Origin: an uncultured Bacilli bacterium
GTDB taxonomy: Bacteria; Bacillota_I; Bacilli_A; RF39; UBA660
Direction of reading: 5' to 3'
Assembly: GCA_947581835.1 (NCBI GenBank)
Contig: CANPVV010000002.1
Span: forward strand, 3,842-67,841
DNA: 64,000 bases
The notes below the pieces were generated by a model that had not been told where the DNA came from, did not search any database, and saw only the letters and a program-made list of their open reading frames with translations. Below are positions 29,249-38,698 of the stretch, piece after piece. A program made the position numbers and the translations under genes. The stretch's first letter is position 1. The number at the start of each line of letters is the position of its first letter.

Positions 29249-30872
29249 AGAAAAATTTTTAACTAAACTACGTCAAAGATTAAATGTTTTAGAAGACTCA
29301 GAAATAGAGGATATTGTAAGTGAATATGAAGGCTACATAGAAGAAAAAGTAGCCACTGGTATGACTGAAAAAGAAGCCGTAAAAGAATTAGGTGATTTTG
29401 AGGAAATAGTAAGTGATCTCTTAAGTGCTTACAAACTAAAAAATACCGAAGAAACTCCATCCAACCTAAATGGTCTTATAACTAAATTTACCAAATTTAT
29501 CGAAAGTCTAAGCACTAAAAGTGGTAAAGAAATATTAGGCATTTTAATAGAAATAATATTAATTCTAATATTTTTAGGTTTTTTAAGACTACCTTTCTTA
29601 CTAATAAGCGATTTAGGTGAAAATTTCTTTCATAATTTATCTATGCCTCTTACCGATATTTTTGAATCTATCTGGGAATTTATTATTGAACTAAGCTATA
29701 TTATTTTATCAGTGATAATTTTTATTAAATTTCTTGAAAATCGCCTATTTGCCAAACTAAGTAATGAAATCTTATCTAACACTAAAAAAGTATCCCCAAC
29801 CTCTAAAGAATTTAAAGAAGAACCATCTCTAAAAGAAGAAAGAGACAAAAATGCTCCATCTTTAAAATCCACCAATGTTGGAACTTATATTACTAATATT
29901 CTTCTAATATTTTTAAAATTTATCTGTATCTGCTTTTTAATAGGCCTATTCTTCTATATTTTAGGAATAACTATTGCCCTAAGTATCATGTTATATTTAA
30001 TAATCAATAAAGTAAAATATTATGGTATTCTAATTCTTTTATTAAGTCTATTCTTTGGTGGTATCTATTTCTTAAAATTAGGTCTTAAATTTATCACCAA
30101 TAAAAAAATAAAAGCCATTCCCGCGATTACTGAAATATTTATTATAATTATTTTTACCGCGATAGGTTTAACTATAAGTACAATTGAAATAACTAACACT
30201 GAAATAATCTATGCTAAAAACACTGAAAATTCTAAAGTCATAACCAAAACTATTCCCTACCAAGATAATCTAAAAATATATGGCTATGACGAAATAAAAA
30301 TTGATGATACTTTAGACAATAATCTAAGAATTGAATACACCTATCCCGATATATTAAGTAACGCTCTAATTGAAATAGAATTAGACAACTGTGGTTATAA
30401 CAATCTTTGCTTAGAAACCGATTTACAAGCTTTCTCTCTTAATAAAAATTTTTTTAACACTTTTATTACCAATTTAAAAGCTAACAAAATAATAATCTAC
30501 AATAAATATAGTATTACTAAAACAGTCTATGCCTCTTTAGATAATTACAATAAATTAATAAATACTACCCCTAATATTCCTAATGAAGATATCCCCAATT
30601 ATACTCCCCAAACTGAAAATCTAACCTACATTTATAAAATAATAAACATTACTACTAAAAACAATTATCAATATCTAACTTTAAAAACTATCTATAACAA
30701 TGAAATCGAAACTATACGTCTAACTAAAACCTATCCTAACCTTGAAATCGGAAAAGAATATAAATTTACTTTTAGTAATCCCTATCATATTTATGATATA
30801 CCTGATACTGATGATATAGATGATATATTTGAAGAATTTAATTTAATTTCTATTGAACCCAATATAAGCTAG
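29241..30872 (+). CDS. DUF1700-like N-terminal domain membrane protein (PadR-associated)
   Basis: N-terminus MNKEKFLTKLRQRLNVLEDSEIEDIVSEYEGYIEE... typical of DUF1700 proteins encoded next to PadR. Multiple TM helices. Overlaps the PadR stop. Confidence 0.55.
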   Translation: MNKEKFLTKLRQRLNVLEDSEIEDIVSEYEGYIEEKVATGMTEKEAVKELGDFEEIVSDLLSAYKLKNTEETPSNLNGLITKFTKFIESLSTKSGKEILGILIEIILILIFLGFLRLPFLLISDLGENFFHNLSMPLTDIFESIWEFIIELSYIILSVIIFIKFLENRLFAKLSNEILSNTKKVSPTSKEFKEEPSLKEERDKNAPSLKSTNVGTYITNILLIFLKFICICFLIGLFFYILGITIALSIMLYLIINKVKYYGILILLLSLFFGGIYFLKLGLKFITNKKIKAIPAITEIFIIIIFTAIGLTISTIEITNTEIIYAKNTENSKVITKTIPYQDNLKIYGYDEIKIDDTLDNNLRIEYTYPDILSNALIEIELDNCGYNNLCLETDLQAFSLNKNFFNTFITNLKANKIIIYNKYSITKTVYASLDNYNKLINTTPNIPNEDIPNYTPQTENLTYIYKIINITTKNNYQYLTLKTIYNNEIETIRLTKTYPNLEIGKEYKFTFSNPYHIYDIPDTDDIDDIFEEFNLISIEPNIS

Positions 30873-30959
30873 TAATCTAGCTTTTTAACTCTTAAAATTC
30901 TTTTTTAAACTCTAAAAATATGCTATACTAATATATAGAAAGTAGGAAGGAAATAACCT

Positions 30960-31874
30960 ATGGAAGAAATTAGTATGCTTACTCGCTATGGCGAAAACTT
31001 AACTGAAAAAGAATATATAACCGATCCCGCTATTGGTCGTGATAATGAAATTAAACAAATGATTTTGACTTTACTAACTCCCGAAAAAAGTGCTTTACTT
31101 GTAGGTAAACCAGGCATCGGAAAAACTGCCATTGTGGAAGGTCTTGCCTATCGCATTATAACCAAACAAGTTCCTGATGCCCTATTAAATTATCAAATAA
31201 TCAAAATAAATATTACTAGTTTAATAGGTAGTACTACTATTGGTGGTGAATTAGAAAATCGAATTGATTTATTAGTAAGAGAATTATCAAAAGAAGACAA
31301 TATTATTATCTTTATTGATGAAACCCATTTATTAGTTAATAAAGAAGGCGGAATGGACTTTGCTAATATGCTTAAAGCCGGTCTTGATCGTGGTACTATT
31401 AAAATGATTGGAGCGACTACTACCGAAGAATATGAACATTATATCTTAAGAGACCGAGCTTTTCTAAGACGTTTTGTTAAAATAGAAGTTTTAGAAGCCT
31501 CCAAAGAAACCACTGTTACAATTCTTTTAGGAACTCTTCCTAAAATAGAAAAAAAACTTGGAGTAAAATGCGAATATACCGACTTTATTAAAGAAAAAAT
31601 CATGAAATTTATAGTAGAAATGACCGATGAATATAAACGAGTATATGAAATAGCATCTCGTTATCCTGATATTTGTTTAACTATCGTATCTAATGCTTAT
31701 ACTTATGCTTTATATGATAATAAAAAAAATGTTACTTTAAAACATTTTTATAAAGCAATTTGTAATGCTAAAAATATCTATGAAGATGCTAGAAATAAAG
31801 AAATAGAAAGATTTAAAATTGAATTTGCCGACATGATAAGAGAAGAAGGAGTTGATTTAAATGAAAAAAATTAA
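30960..31874 (+). CDS. Standalone Clp/Hsp100 D1-type AAA+ ATPase module (no N-domain, no D2)
   Basis: [21 protein letters not shown]...[18 protein letters not shown] (ClpA/B D1 Walker A). IIFIDETH (Walker B). GATT sensor-1. RRF Arg finger. Only 304 aa. Confidence 0.65.
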   Translation: MEEISMLTRYGENLTEKEYITDPAIGRDNEIKQMILTLLTPEKSALLVGKPGIGKTAIVEGLAYRIITKQVPDALLNYQIIKINITSLIGSTTIGGELENRIDLLVRELSKEDNIIIFIDETHLLVNKEGGMDFANMLKAGLDRGTIKMIGATTTEEYEHYILRDRAFLRRFVKIEVLEASKETTVTILLGTLPKIEKKLGVKCEYTDFIKEKIMKFIVEMTDEYKRVYEIASRYPDICLTIVSNAYTYALYDNKKNVTLKHFYKAICNAKNIYEDARNKEIERFKIEFADMIREEGVDLNEKN

Positions 31875-32916
31875 AGTATTTCAAATAGGTTGTGGCAAAA
31901 TGAGTAAATATATCATGGAATATATTAGAAATTTAGGTGGCGAAATTGTCGGGGCTGTTGACATAAATGAAAAAATCATCGGAAAGGATATATGTACTAT
32001 AATTGGTTGTGAAAAAACAGGAATAATTATTAAAGATATATCTAAATTAGAAGAATTACTTAATGAAACTAAACCCGATATCGCAGTTATAACTACTATG
32101 TCATACTTAAATGATGTCGCAGATAATATAAGAACTTGTATAACTAATGGTGTAAATGTCATAACTACCTCTGAAGAATGTTTTTATCCCCAAAATTCTA
32201 ATCCAACCCTTTATGAAGAATTAGATTGTCTTGCTAAATCTTACAATGTTACTGTAACTGGCTGTGGCTATCAAGACGTTTTTTGGGGTAACTTAATTAC
32301 TACTATTGCCTCATCTACTCATAAAATAACTAAAATAAAAGGTAGTTCTTCTTATAATGTTGAAGATTATGGTATAGCCCTCGCTTTAGTTCATGGCTCA
32401 GGCCTATCAGTCGAAGAGTTTAATATCAAAATAGCATCCAGAGATAATATTTCCGAAGCTGAAAGAACCAAACTAATCAATAATAAAGAATATACCCCAT
32501 CTTATATGTGGAATACCGTTGGTTGGCTTGCTGATAAACTTCATTTAACCCCTAAATCTTTAAAAAGTAAATGCTTACCAACTACATATAAAGAAGATAT
32601 TGCCAGTGATACTCTAAATATGACTATACCTAAAGGAAACGCAACCGGTATGAGTGCTATTGCCATATTAGAAACTGAAGAAGGTATCACTATTGAAGCT
32701 GAATCAATTGGTAAAGTTTATGGCCCCGAAGATTATGATACCAATACTTGGACTATATATGGTGAACCAGATACAACAATTACCATTAATAAACCTGATA
32801 CAGTAAGACTAACTTGTGCCGATATTGTAAATCGCCTACCTGACGTTATAAATGCTGAACCTGGTTTTATTCCTACAAGCAAGTTAAATGAAGGAACTTA
32901 TAAAATAAAATATTAA
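31861..32916 (+). CDS. NAD(P)-binding oxidoreductase, DapB-N-like fold (possibly amine/diaminopentanoate-dehydrogenase-like)
   Basis: N-terminal Rossmann [15 protein letters not shown]...GAVD. 351 aa. Translationally coupled to the upstream AAA+ gene by a 14-nt overlap. Confidence 0.45.
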   Translation: MKKIKVFQIGCGKMSKYIMEYIRNLGGEIVGAVDINEKIIGKDICTIIGCEKTGIIIKDISKLEELLNETKPDIAVITTMSYLNDVADNIRTCITNGVNVITTSEECFYPQNSNPTLYEELDCLAKSYNVTVTGCGYQDVFWGNLITTIASSTHKITKIKGSSSYNVEDYGIALALVHGSGLSVEEFNIKIASRDNISEAERTKLINNKEYTPSYMWNTVGWLADKLHLTPKSLKSKCLPTTYKEDIASDTLNMTIPKGNATGMSAIAILETEEGITIEAESIGKVYGPEDYDTNTWTIYGEPDTTITINKPDTVRLTCADIVNRLPDVINAEPGFIPTSKLNEGTYKIKY

Positions 32917-32948
32917 ATAAATGCTATACTGATAAGAAAGTTAAAAAA

Positions 32949-34817
32949 TTAAAGTTGCAATTTATTATCTTGCATCTTTTTTAAATGTTTCTGTAATTTT
33001 TCATCTACTGCATAAACATAACAACCTTTAATTCCTCTTGTAAGAAGTACTCGATAAGTATTTTTAATAATTGTATCAGCCATTTTTTCATAATAATCTT
33101 TATCTTGTTTAAGTAAAACCTGTAACCCATACAATGATTTTTCTGTATTAGCTCTAGCTTTATAATCACTAACCACTTTTTTACCATCATACTTTAAATC
33201 CGGCCCAATAATAACTCCAATATAATCAAACTCTAACCCCTGTACATTATATACACACCCAATTTCATTTATTGCACTTTCCCTCGTTGCAAAAGGTTCC
33301 CCATGTTTTAAATTCCAACTCATTGAAAAATCTCCAATTTTAATATCATGGTAATCTTGATTATCTGCATATCTAACTTTTCTTGGCCAACAAAACCCCG
33401 CCACCATTCTAGCATTATTATTTGTATTTTTCTCCTTAATTATTTTTTGTACTTCTTCTGGTGAATCCATTACTCTAAAATCAAAATTAAATCTTACTTT
33501 ACATCTCTTATTATATAAAAAATTATCAATAAAATCTAAATAATTATCACTCCCATTGCATCTAAATTGGCTTTTAAGTTCTAAGTTATCAATTAAAGCC
33601 TCAAAATACTTTGCATAAAATAAAATATTTTCTATTAACCCAATATCTCTTAAAGTAATTATTTGAGCCTCATCTACAAAAAACACACTTAATTTAGACG
33701 CATTTATAATTTCTTTTATTTGATTTTCTCCAATATTATTATGAATACCTGATTTTTCCTGTAATCTATGAGCCTCATCAACTAATAAAAAATCATATTT
33801 ATTAGACTTATCTTTAAAAAAATAACCCGAACTTTTAAACAGTTCATGAATACTTATCTCATTATCTTTACTTACCAACATATTTTTATATACTTTTCTT
33901 GGTGCCATATTTTTAGAAACATAAGCCCCCATAAGTCCATTAGATAATAGTTCTCCTAAAGCATTAATTGCTAAAACTGATTTTCCTGTTCCTGGACCTC
34001 CTTTAACAATCATAACTCTTTTTTTCCCATCAGTAAAAGATAATCTAGCATTAGTAATAATCTCTTCCATAATAACTTTTTGTTCATCAAGTAAAGTAAA
34101 CTCTTTTTTTCCCTTAGTCATATTAATAATTGAATCTAAAAGTCTCTTAGTAGGTCTAATTTCACTTTTATCTACAATGTTTATAATTTCTAAATTATCC
34201 CCATATTTTATATTAGAATTAATTATCTCTTTTAACTCTATTTTATCATTCATCCCATACATATTAACTTTACTATAATAAGGTCTATATTTTTTATTAT
34301 ATAAAGCATCACTCATATCTAACTCATAATTATGTAAAACTACTAAAGGTATAATATTAATCTTTTCTTTTTCTATATTAATATTATAATTATTAAGAAT
34401 TTGAGCATAACTAAGTACTTGATAAGCTGGGTGTAAAACATTTTTCTCATGCTTATTTATCTTTGTTCTAACTACTCCATCAACTGATTTAATAACTCTT
34501 GAATAACTCCATTGTTTTAATTCTATCAAAATCATAATTGGACTTTTACTCTCATTATATCCTGTAATAATCATATCAATACTTTTTGAGGTAAGAGGAA
34601 TATTATATTCTAAGATTATACCTACATTATCAGGCAATTCATCAATAACTTGTGCCATTATAGGTAAACTATTAGCCCAAGCTTTAATTTGATTATATTT
34701 AGTTTTTCTTTTATATTTTTCTTTATAAGCACTATATACTTTATCACTTATAACCCCATCTCTAACATACTCCATAAACTCATTTTTTAAACATGAAAAC
34801 AATATCACTAAAATCAA
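32949..34817 (-). CDS. PD-(D/E)xK nuclease-like N-domain fused to DUF2075 SF1-helicase-like ATPase
   Basis: N-terminal ...SIDMIITGY...IMILIELKQW (D...ELK nuclease-like motif). Walker A GGPGTGKSVLA. Walker B LLVDEAHRL. C-terminal VYNVQGLEFDYIG...VLLTRGIKG, typical of DUF2075 / UvrD-like C-terminal region. The first ~14 codons of the ORF-track call are probably leader; likely start is MEYVRDG. Confidence 0.6.
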   Translation of the reverse strand: MILVILFSCLKNEFMEYVRDGVISDKVYSAYKEKYKRKTKYNQIKAWANSLPIMAQVIDELPDNVGIILEYNIPLTSKSIDMIITGYNESKSPIMILIELKQWSYSRVIKSVDGVVRTKINKHEKNVLHPAYQVLSYAQILNNYNINIEKEKINIIPLVVLHNYELDMSDALYNKKYRPYYSKVNMYGMNDKIELKEIINSNIKYGDNLEIINIVDKSEIRPTKRLLDSIINMTKGKKEFTLLDEQKVIMEEIITNARLSFTDGKKRVMIVKGGPGTGKSVLAINALGELLSNGLMGAYVSKNMAPRKVYKNMLVSKDNEISIHELFKSSGYFFKDKSNKYDFLLVDEAHRLQEKSGIHNNIGENQIKEIINASKLSVFFVDEAQIITLRDIGLIENILFYAKYFEALIDNLELKSQFRCNGSDNYLDFIDNFLYNKRCKVRFNFDFRVMDSPEEVQKIIKEKNTNNNARMVAGFCWPRKVRYADNQDYHDIKIGDFSMSWNLKHGEPFATRESAINEIGCVYNVQGLEFDYIGVIIGPDLKYDGKKVVSDYKARANTEKSLYGLQVLLKQDKDYYEKMADTIIKNTYRVLLTRGIKGCYVYAVDEKLQKHLKKMQDNKLQL

Positions 34818-34972
34818 CTCCTAAACAAAAAAGAACTAGCAAAAACCAAAGTCTTTACTAGCCCTTCTAATCTAATTATACTATAAACTATTCTTTTTTT
34901 AAATATCAACTAGTAATTAATATTTAAAAATGCTATAATTAAACCATAAATATAAAATACAAAGGAGTACCT

Positions 34973-35356
34973 ATGAAAAGTATTATTATTTCTAAAATTA
35001 TTTTATCTGTTTTATTATTTTTTGTATTTTTTATTCCCCCAAATACCTTTGGATATGTATATATTACTATTTCTTTTTTATCTTTTATAGTTCTCTTACT
35101 ATATACTATCTTTAATCAAAAACATAAATATATATCTTTTAAAAATATAATAAAAATAATCTTATTAGATATAATTATTGCTCTATTTTTAAAATATTCT
35201 ATGAAGACCTTTATAAAAGTGCCAGATTATGGTTTAGATACTTTAGGATTAGTATTTATTCCTTATGCAGCTAACTACATATACACTGGTTGCCTTATAG
35301 TTTACAATGTTTTTTTAGCTATAATATTAGCCATAACTAAATTATTTAATAAATAA
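34973..35356 (+). CDS. Small polytopic membrane protein, paralog A (127 aa)
   Basis: ORF track. Four hydrophobic segments. RBS AAGGAG. Confidence 0.55.
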   Translation: MKSIIISKIILSVLLFFVFFIPPNTFGYVYITISFLSFIVLLLYTIFNQKHKYISFKNIIKIILLDIIIALFLKYSMKTFIKVPDYGLDTLGLVFIPYAANYIYTGCLIVYNVFLAIILAITKLFNK

Positions 35357-35515
35357 TATTAGCATTACTATATATCTATAAAGAATAACAAAATTCAAAG
35401 TCTTTACAGGCTATTCTAATTTAATTAACATAAACAATTTTTTAAATATTATCTAGTAATTAATATTTAAAAATGCTATAATTAAACCACAAATATAAGA
35501 TACGAAGGAGTACTT

Positions 35516-35899
35516 ATGAAAAGTATTATTATTTCTAAAATTATTTTATTTATTTTCTTTTTTATTAGCCTTTTTATTCCACCTAAAACTATTGAAGATA
35601 TATATATTTATATATATTTATTAACTATTATAATTCTTTTACTATATACTATCTTTAATCAAAAACATAAATATATATCTTTTAAAAATATAATTAAAAT
35701 TATCTTATTAGATACATTTGTACCAATTTTTTTAATATATTTTTTAGATACCTTTAATATCCTCCCGGATTATGGCTTATATACTTTAGGATTTTTAGGT
35801 ATTAATTTATTATGTAACTATATATTCACAGGTTGCCTTATAGTTTACAATATTTTTTTAGCTATAATATTAACCATAACTAAATTATTTAATAAATAG
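35516..35899 (+). CDS. Small polytopic membrane protein, paralog B (127 aa)
   Basis: Identical length. N-terminal MKSIIISKIIL... and C-terminal ...TGCLIVYN.FLAIIL.ITKLFNK shared with paralog A. Confidence 0.55.
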   Translation: MKSIIISKIILFIFFFISLFIPPKTIEDIYIYIYLLTIIILLLYTIFNQKHKYISFKNIIKIILLDTFVPIFLIYFLDTFNILPDYGLYTLGFLGINLLCNYIFTGCLIVYNIFLAIILTITKLFNK

Positions 35900-36149
35900 C
35901 CCTAGCATTCCTAAATTTTATCTATCTTATTAAATACTATAAACAAATAAAAAACAAAGCTAAATATCAACCTAGCTCTTAATTTAAAAAATTGCTACAA
36001 AACAATATAATGAGAGATACTCAAATGGAAACAATTATTACACTTAAAACAATTCTCTATCTTTTAACTCTTATTTTTATCTTTTTACCATTAGAACTAA
36101 ATTACTTTTTCAGCTTTTTAACTGTTGGAGTTATAATTAGCCTTCTTTT

Positions 36150-37586
36150 TTATTTAAAAGTTATATCATAATTACTAGGTCCATTTATACATTTACCATC
36201 AATATCAAACCTAGAACCATGACACAAACATTCCCAAGTTTTCTCCGTCTCATTAAATACTATTCCACACTTTAAATGGGGACATTTACTTAAAACAATA
36301 TGCTCTTTTCCCATATCATCTTTATATATCCACACTTTTTTTCCATCTATTGTTTTACCTACAATATTTTTATTATTAACATTATTATTACTTTTAACAA
36401 TTGCCTTTATATTTCCATATCCATCTTCTAAACCCCTTTTTAATTTTTTAAAATTTATTCCTCTTTTCGGCTTAAATAAAGAAATAAAAGGATTATAATT
36501 ATTTAATATTGTATCTTTAATAACTAAACCCGCCATCGTTCCATTAGTAAATCCCCAAGTATTATAACCTGTCGCAATAATTAAACTATTATCTTTATCA
36601 ATTGTTCCAATTAAAGGCATATAATCATTTGTAATAATATCATTATTAGTCCATAAATAAGTAAACCCACCTTTATCTTTTAAATCTTTAAAATACGTTT
36701 TAAAATCTTCAATATTAGCGCTTTTCTTAGAATTAAGCAAATAAATTAAATAATTAATATCTTTATTTTGATAATATCTTAAAGATATTGTTGGGTTATC
36801 TACATTTATAGCACTAATTAATTTTTCTTCTTTAACCTTTTTAGCACCTATAAAAGAAGTTTCAATATAACTTTTAATAGGTAACATTACATTTTTTAAA
36901 AAATAAGGATAATGAGTAGCTATAACTAAATATTTACATTTAACTATCTTTCCATTTACTAAACACTCATAATAATCATTTACTTTTCTAAAACTCTCTA
37001 ACTTTGAATTTTCATATATCTGACTCTGATATAACTTTTTAAAATAATCAATATATTTTAAGGGATTAAAAGTATATGTATCACCAACTTTTATTGCCAA
37101 CTTACACTCTTCATTAAAAGGCACTTCTTTAACTAAACCAGCCTCAACTTTCCTATCTTTTAAAAACTCATACTCATTTTGAATTAATTTAATATTCTCA
37201 TTTTTATTTGTAAAAATATAAGAACTAACTTTTCTAAAATCACAATCTATTTTATATTCTTCCACAATATCCTGTATTAACTCTACTGCACATATCTGAC
37301 TTTTTAAATATTCTTGAGCTATCTTTTCTCCTAAAGTATCCTTAATTTTCCCATAAATATCTTCTTGTAAATAAGTAATTTTAGCAGTACTTTTACCCGT
37401 AGTTCCATATCCACACTTATTTCTATCTATCAAAACACACTTTATTTTATTAAGCATTAATTGATGCAAAACCGATATTCCAGTTATACCTCCACCCACG
37501 ATTAAAACGTCAATATCTAAGTCTTTATCAATACTTTGCATCTTAAAATTATTATCTAATTCTTCCCATATACTCTTATTTTTCAT
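36150..37586 (-). CDS. FAD-dependent oxidoreductase with C-terminal Rieske [2Fe-2S] domain (YhfW-like)
   Basis: N-terminal DVLIVGGGITGISV (FAD GxGxxG). C-terminal CPHLKCG...CLCHGSRF (Rieske CxH...CxxH). Confidence 0.7.
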   Translation of the reverse strand: MKNKSIWEELDNNFKMQSIDKDLDIDVLIVGGGITGISVLHQLMLNKIKCVLIDRNKCGYGTTGKSTAKITYLQEDIYGKIKDTLGEKIAQEYLKSQICAVELIQDIVEEYKIDCDFRKVSSYIFTNKNENIKLIQNEYEFLKDRKVEAGLVKEVPFNEECKLAIKVGDTYTFNPLKYIDYFKKLYQSQIYENSKLESFRKVNDYYECLVNGKIVKCKYLVIATHYPYFLKNVMLPIKSYIETSFIGAKKVKEEKLISAINVDNPTISLRYYQNKDINYLIYLLNSKKSANIEDFKTYFKDLKDKGGFTYLWTNNDIITNDYMPLIGTIDKDNSLIIATGYNTWGFTNGTMAGLVIKDTILNNYNPFISLFKPKRGINFKKLKRGLEDGYGNIKAIVKSNNNVNNKNIVGKTIDGKKVWIYKDDMGKEHIVLSKCPHLKCGIVFNETEKTWECLCHGSRFDIDGKCINGPSNYDITFK

Positions 37587-37696
37587 AATTCATCTTTATT
37601 AATATAAGTAAATAAACAATATTAATACCTAAAACTCTTGATTTTTTTCCTAAATTTTGATATTCTAATAATGCTTAAATATAAAAAGCCCTATAT

Positions 37697-37773
37697 GGCG
37701 AAATTGGTGAAGTGGTTAACACGGCAGATTGTGGCTCTGTTATGCAAGGGTTCGACTCCCTTATTTCGCCCCA
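37697..37773 (+). tRNA. trnH: tRNA-His (anticodon GTG) with encoded G-1 and 3' CCA
   Basis: Manual fold. G-1 plus acceptor GCGAAAT/ATTTCGC (7 bp). Anticodon stem GCAGA/TCTGT with loop TTGTGGC (GTG). T-arm AAGGG-TTCGACT-CCCTT. Discriminator C pairing G-1 (His identity). CCA encoded. Confidence 0.85.
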
Positions 37774-37808
37774 AACTGAATTTTACACACTCTTATGTGT
37801 GAAGAATA

Positions 37809-37840
37809 GTTCATAATACCTGTTATTATGAACTTTTTTA
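37809..37840 (+). terminator. Rho-independent terminator after tRNA-His
   Basis: GTTCATAATA-CCTG-TATTATGAAC perfect 10-bp stem followed by TTTTTT. Confidence 0.7.
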
Positions 37841-38039
37841 AAATAAATAATAAATTCATATACTCTATCTCTATTAATCATTATAACAATATTTATTAAA
37901 AATAAAAAATTTCCTAACTATCAAACTAAAATAATACTATAATCTATTCTAATTTAATATTTAAGAAATTAAATAACTCTACAATCTATATCTTATCCTA
38001 TATAAATATTTTAATATCATTATTAAATAATCTATATTA

Positions 38040-38597
38040 TTAAACTTTTACTTTAGCAAATTCCTTATAAATTTTAACTATTCTTATTAATATCTCTTTA
38101 TTATCTATTGTTAATTCATTAGACGCAATAAGAGTAGCTAACCCATTCGCATATAACCAAACATTCATAAATAAATTTTTAGCTTCATCAAAACTTAAAC
38201 CATGTTTATTAACTAAATTGATAATAGTAGATTGATTCCACTTTTCATTTAAAACGTCATTCACGTCTTTCCATTTTAAGTTATTAGATAAAAACATGGA
38301 ACGAAAATAATTTTTATACATCTGAGCAAATTCAATATAAGCAACACAAACTGTAATTAAAGCATTTTTATTATCCACTCTTTTTTTAATAAATTCATCA
38401 TACTCTTTTTTAATTATTTCATTAACCTCAGTTTTTAACTCATCTAAACTATTATATAAGCGATAAATAGGTTTAGTAGATATACCAGCACTTTTAGCTA
38501 ACGAACGGGCATTAATACTTTCTATCCCATTTTGTTCAACCATAATTATAGCTGTCTTTAATAAAGCTTCTTTATCAATAATACTTTTTCCTGCCAT
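38040..38597 (-). CDS. TetR/AcrR-family transcriptional regulator
   Basis: N-terminal HTH LLKTAIIMVEQNGIESINARSLAKSAGISTKPIYRLYNSLDEL. Confidence 0.75.
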   Translation of the reverse strand: MAGKSIIDKEALLKTAIIMVEQNGIESINARSLAKSAGISTKPIYRLYNSLDELKTEVNEIIKKEYDEFIKKRVDNKNALITVCVAYIEFAQMYKNYFRSMFLSNNLKWKDVNDVLNEKWNQSTIINLVNKHGLSFDEAKNLFMNVWLYANGLATLIASNELTIDNKEILIRIVKIYKEFAKVKV

Positions 38598-38698
38598 GTG
38601 TTATCACTTCCTTTATTGGTAACTTGTGTTATTCATTATAACATATAATATTTTTTTGTCAAACATATTTAGTTTTAAAAAGAAATGAAACCTCATTT

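Larger units (their letters stand above)
34836..35935 (+). repeat. Tandem direct duplication (~545-bp unit x2), each unit carrying promoter (TGCTATAAT), RBS and one membrane-protein gene
   Basis: CAAAGTCTTTAC.GGC..TTCTAAT.TAATT...CTAGTAATTAATATTTAAAAATGCTATAATTAAACCA.AAATATAA.ATAC.AAGGAGTAC.TATGAAAAGTATTATTATTTCTAAAATTATTTTA is present at both 34836-35010 and 35391-35555. Confidence 0.8.
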
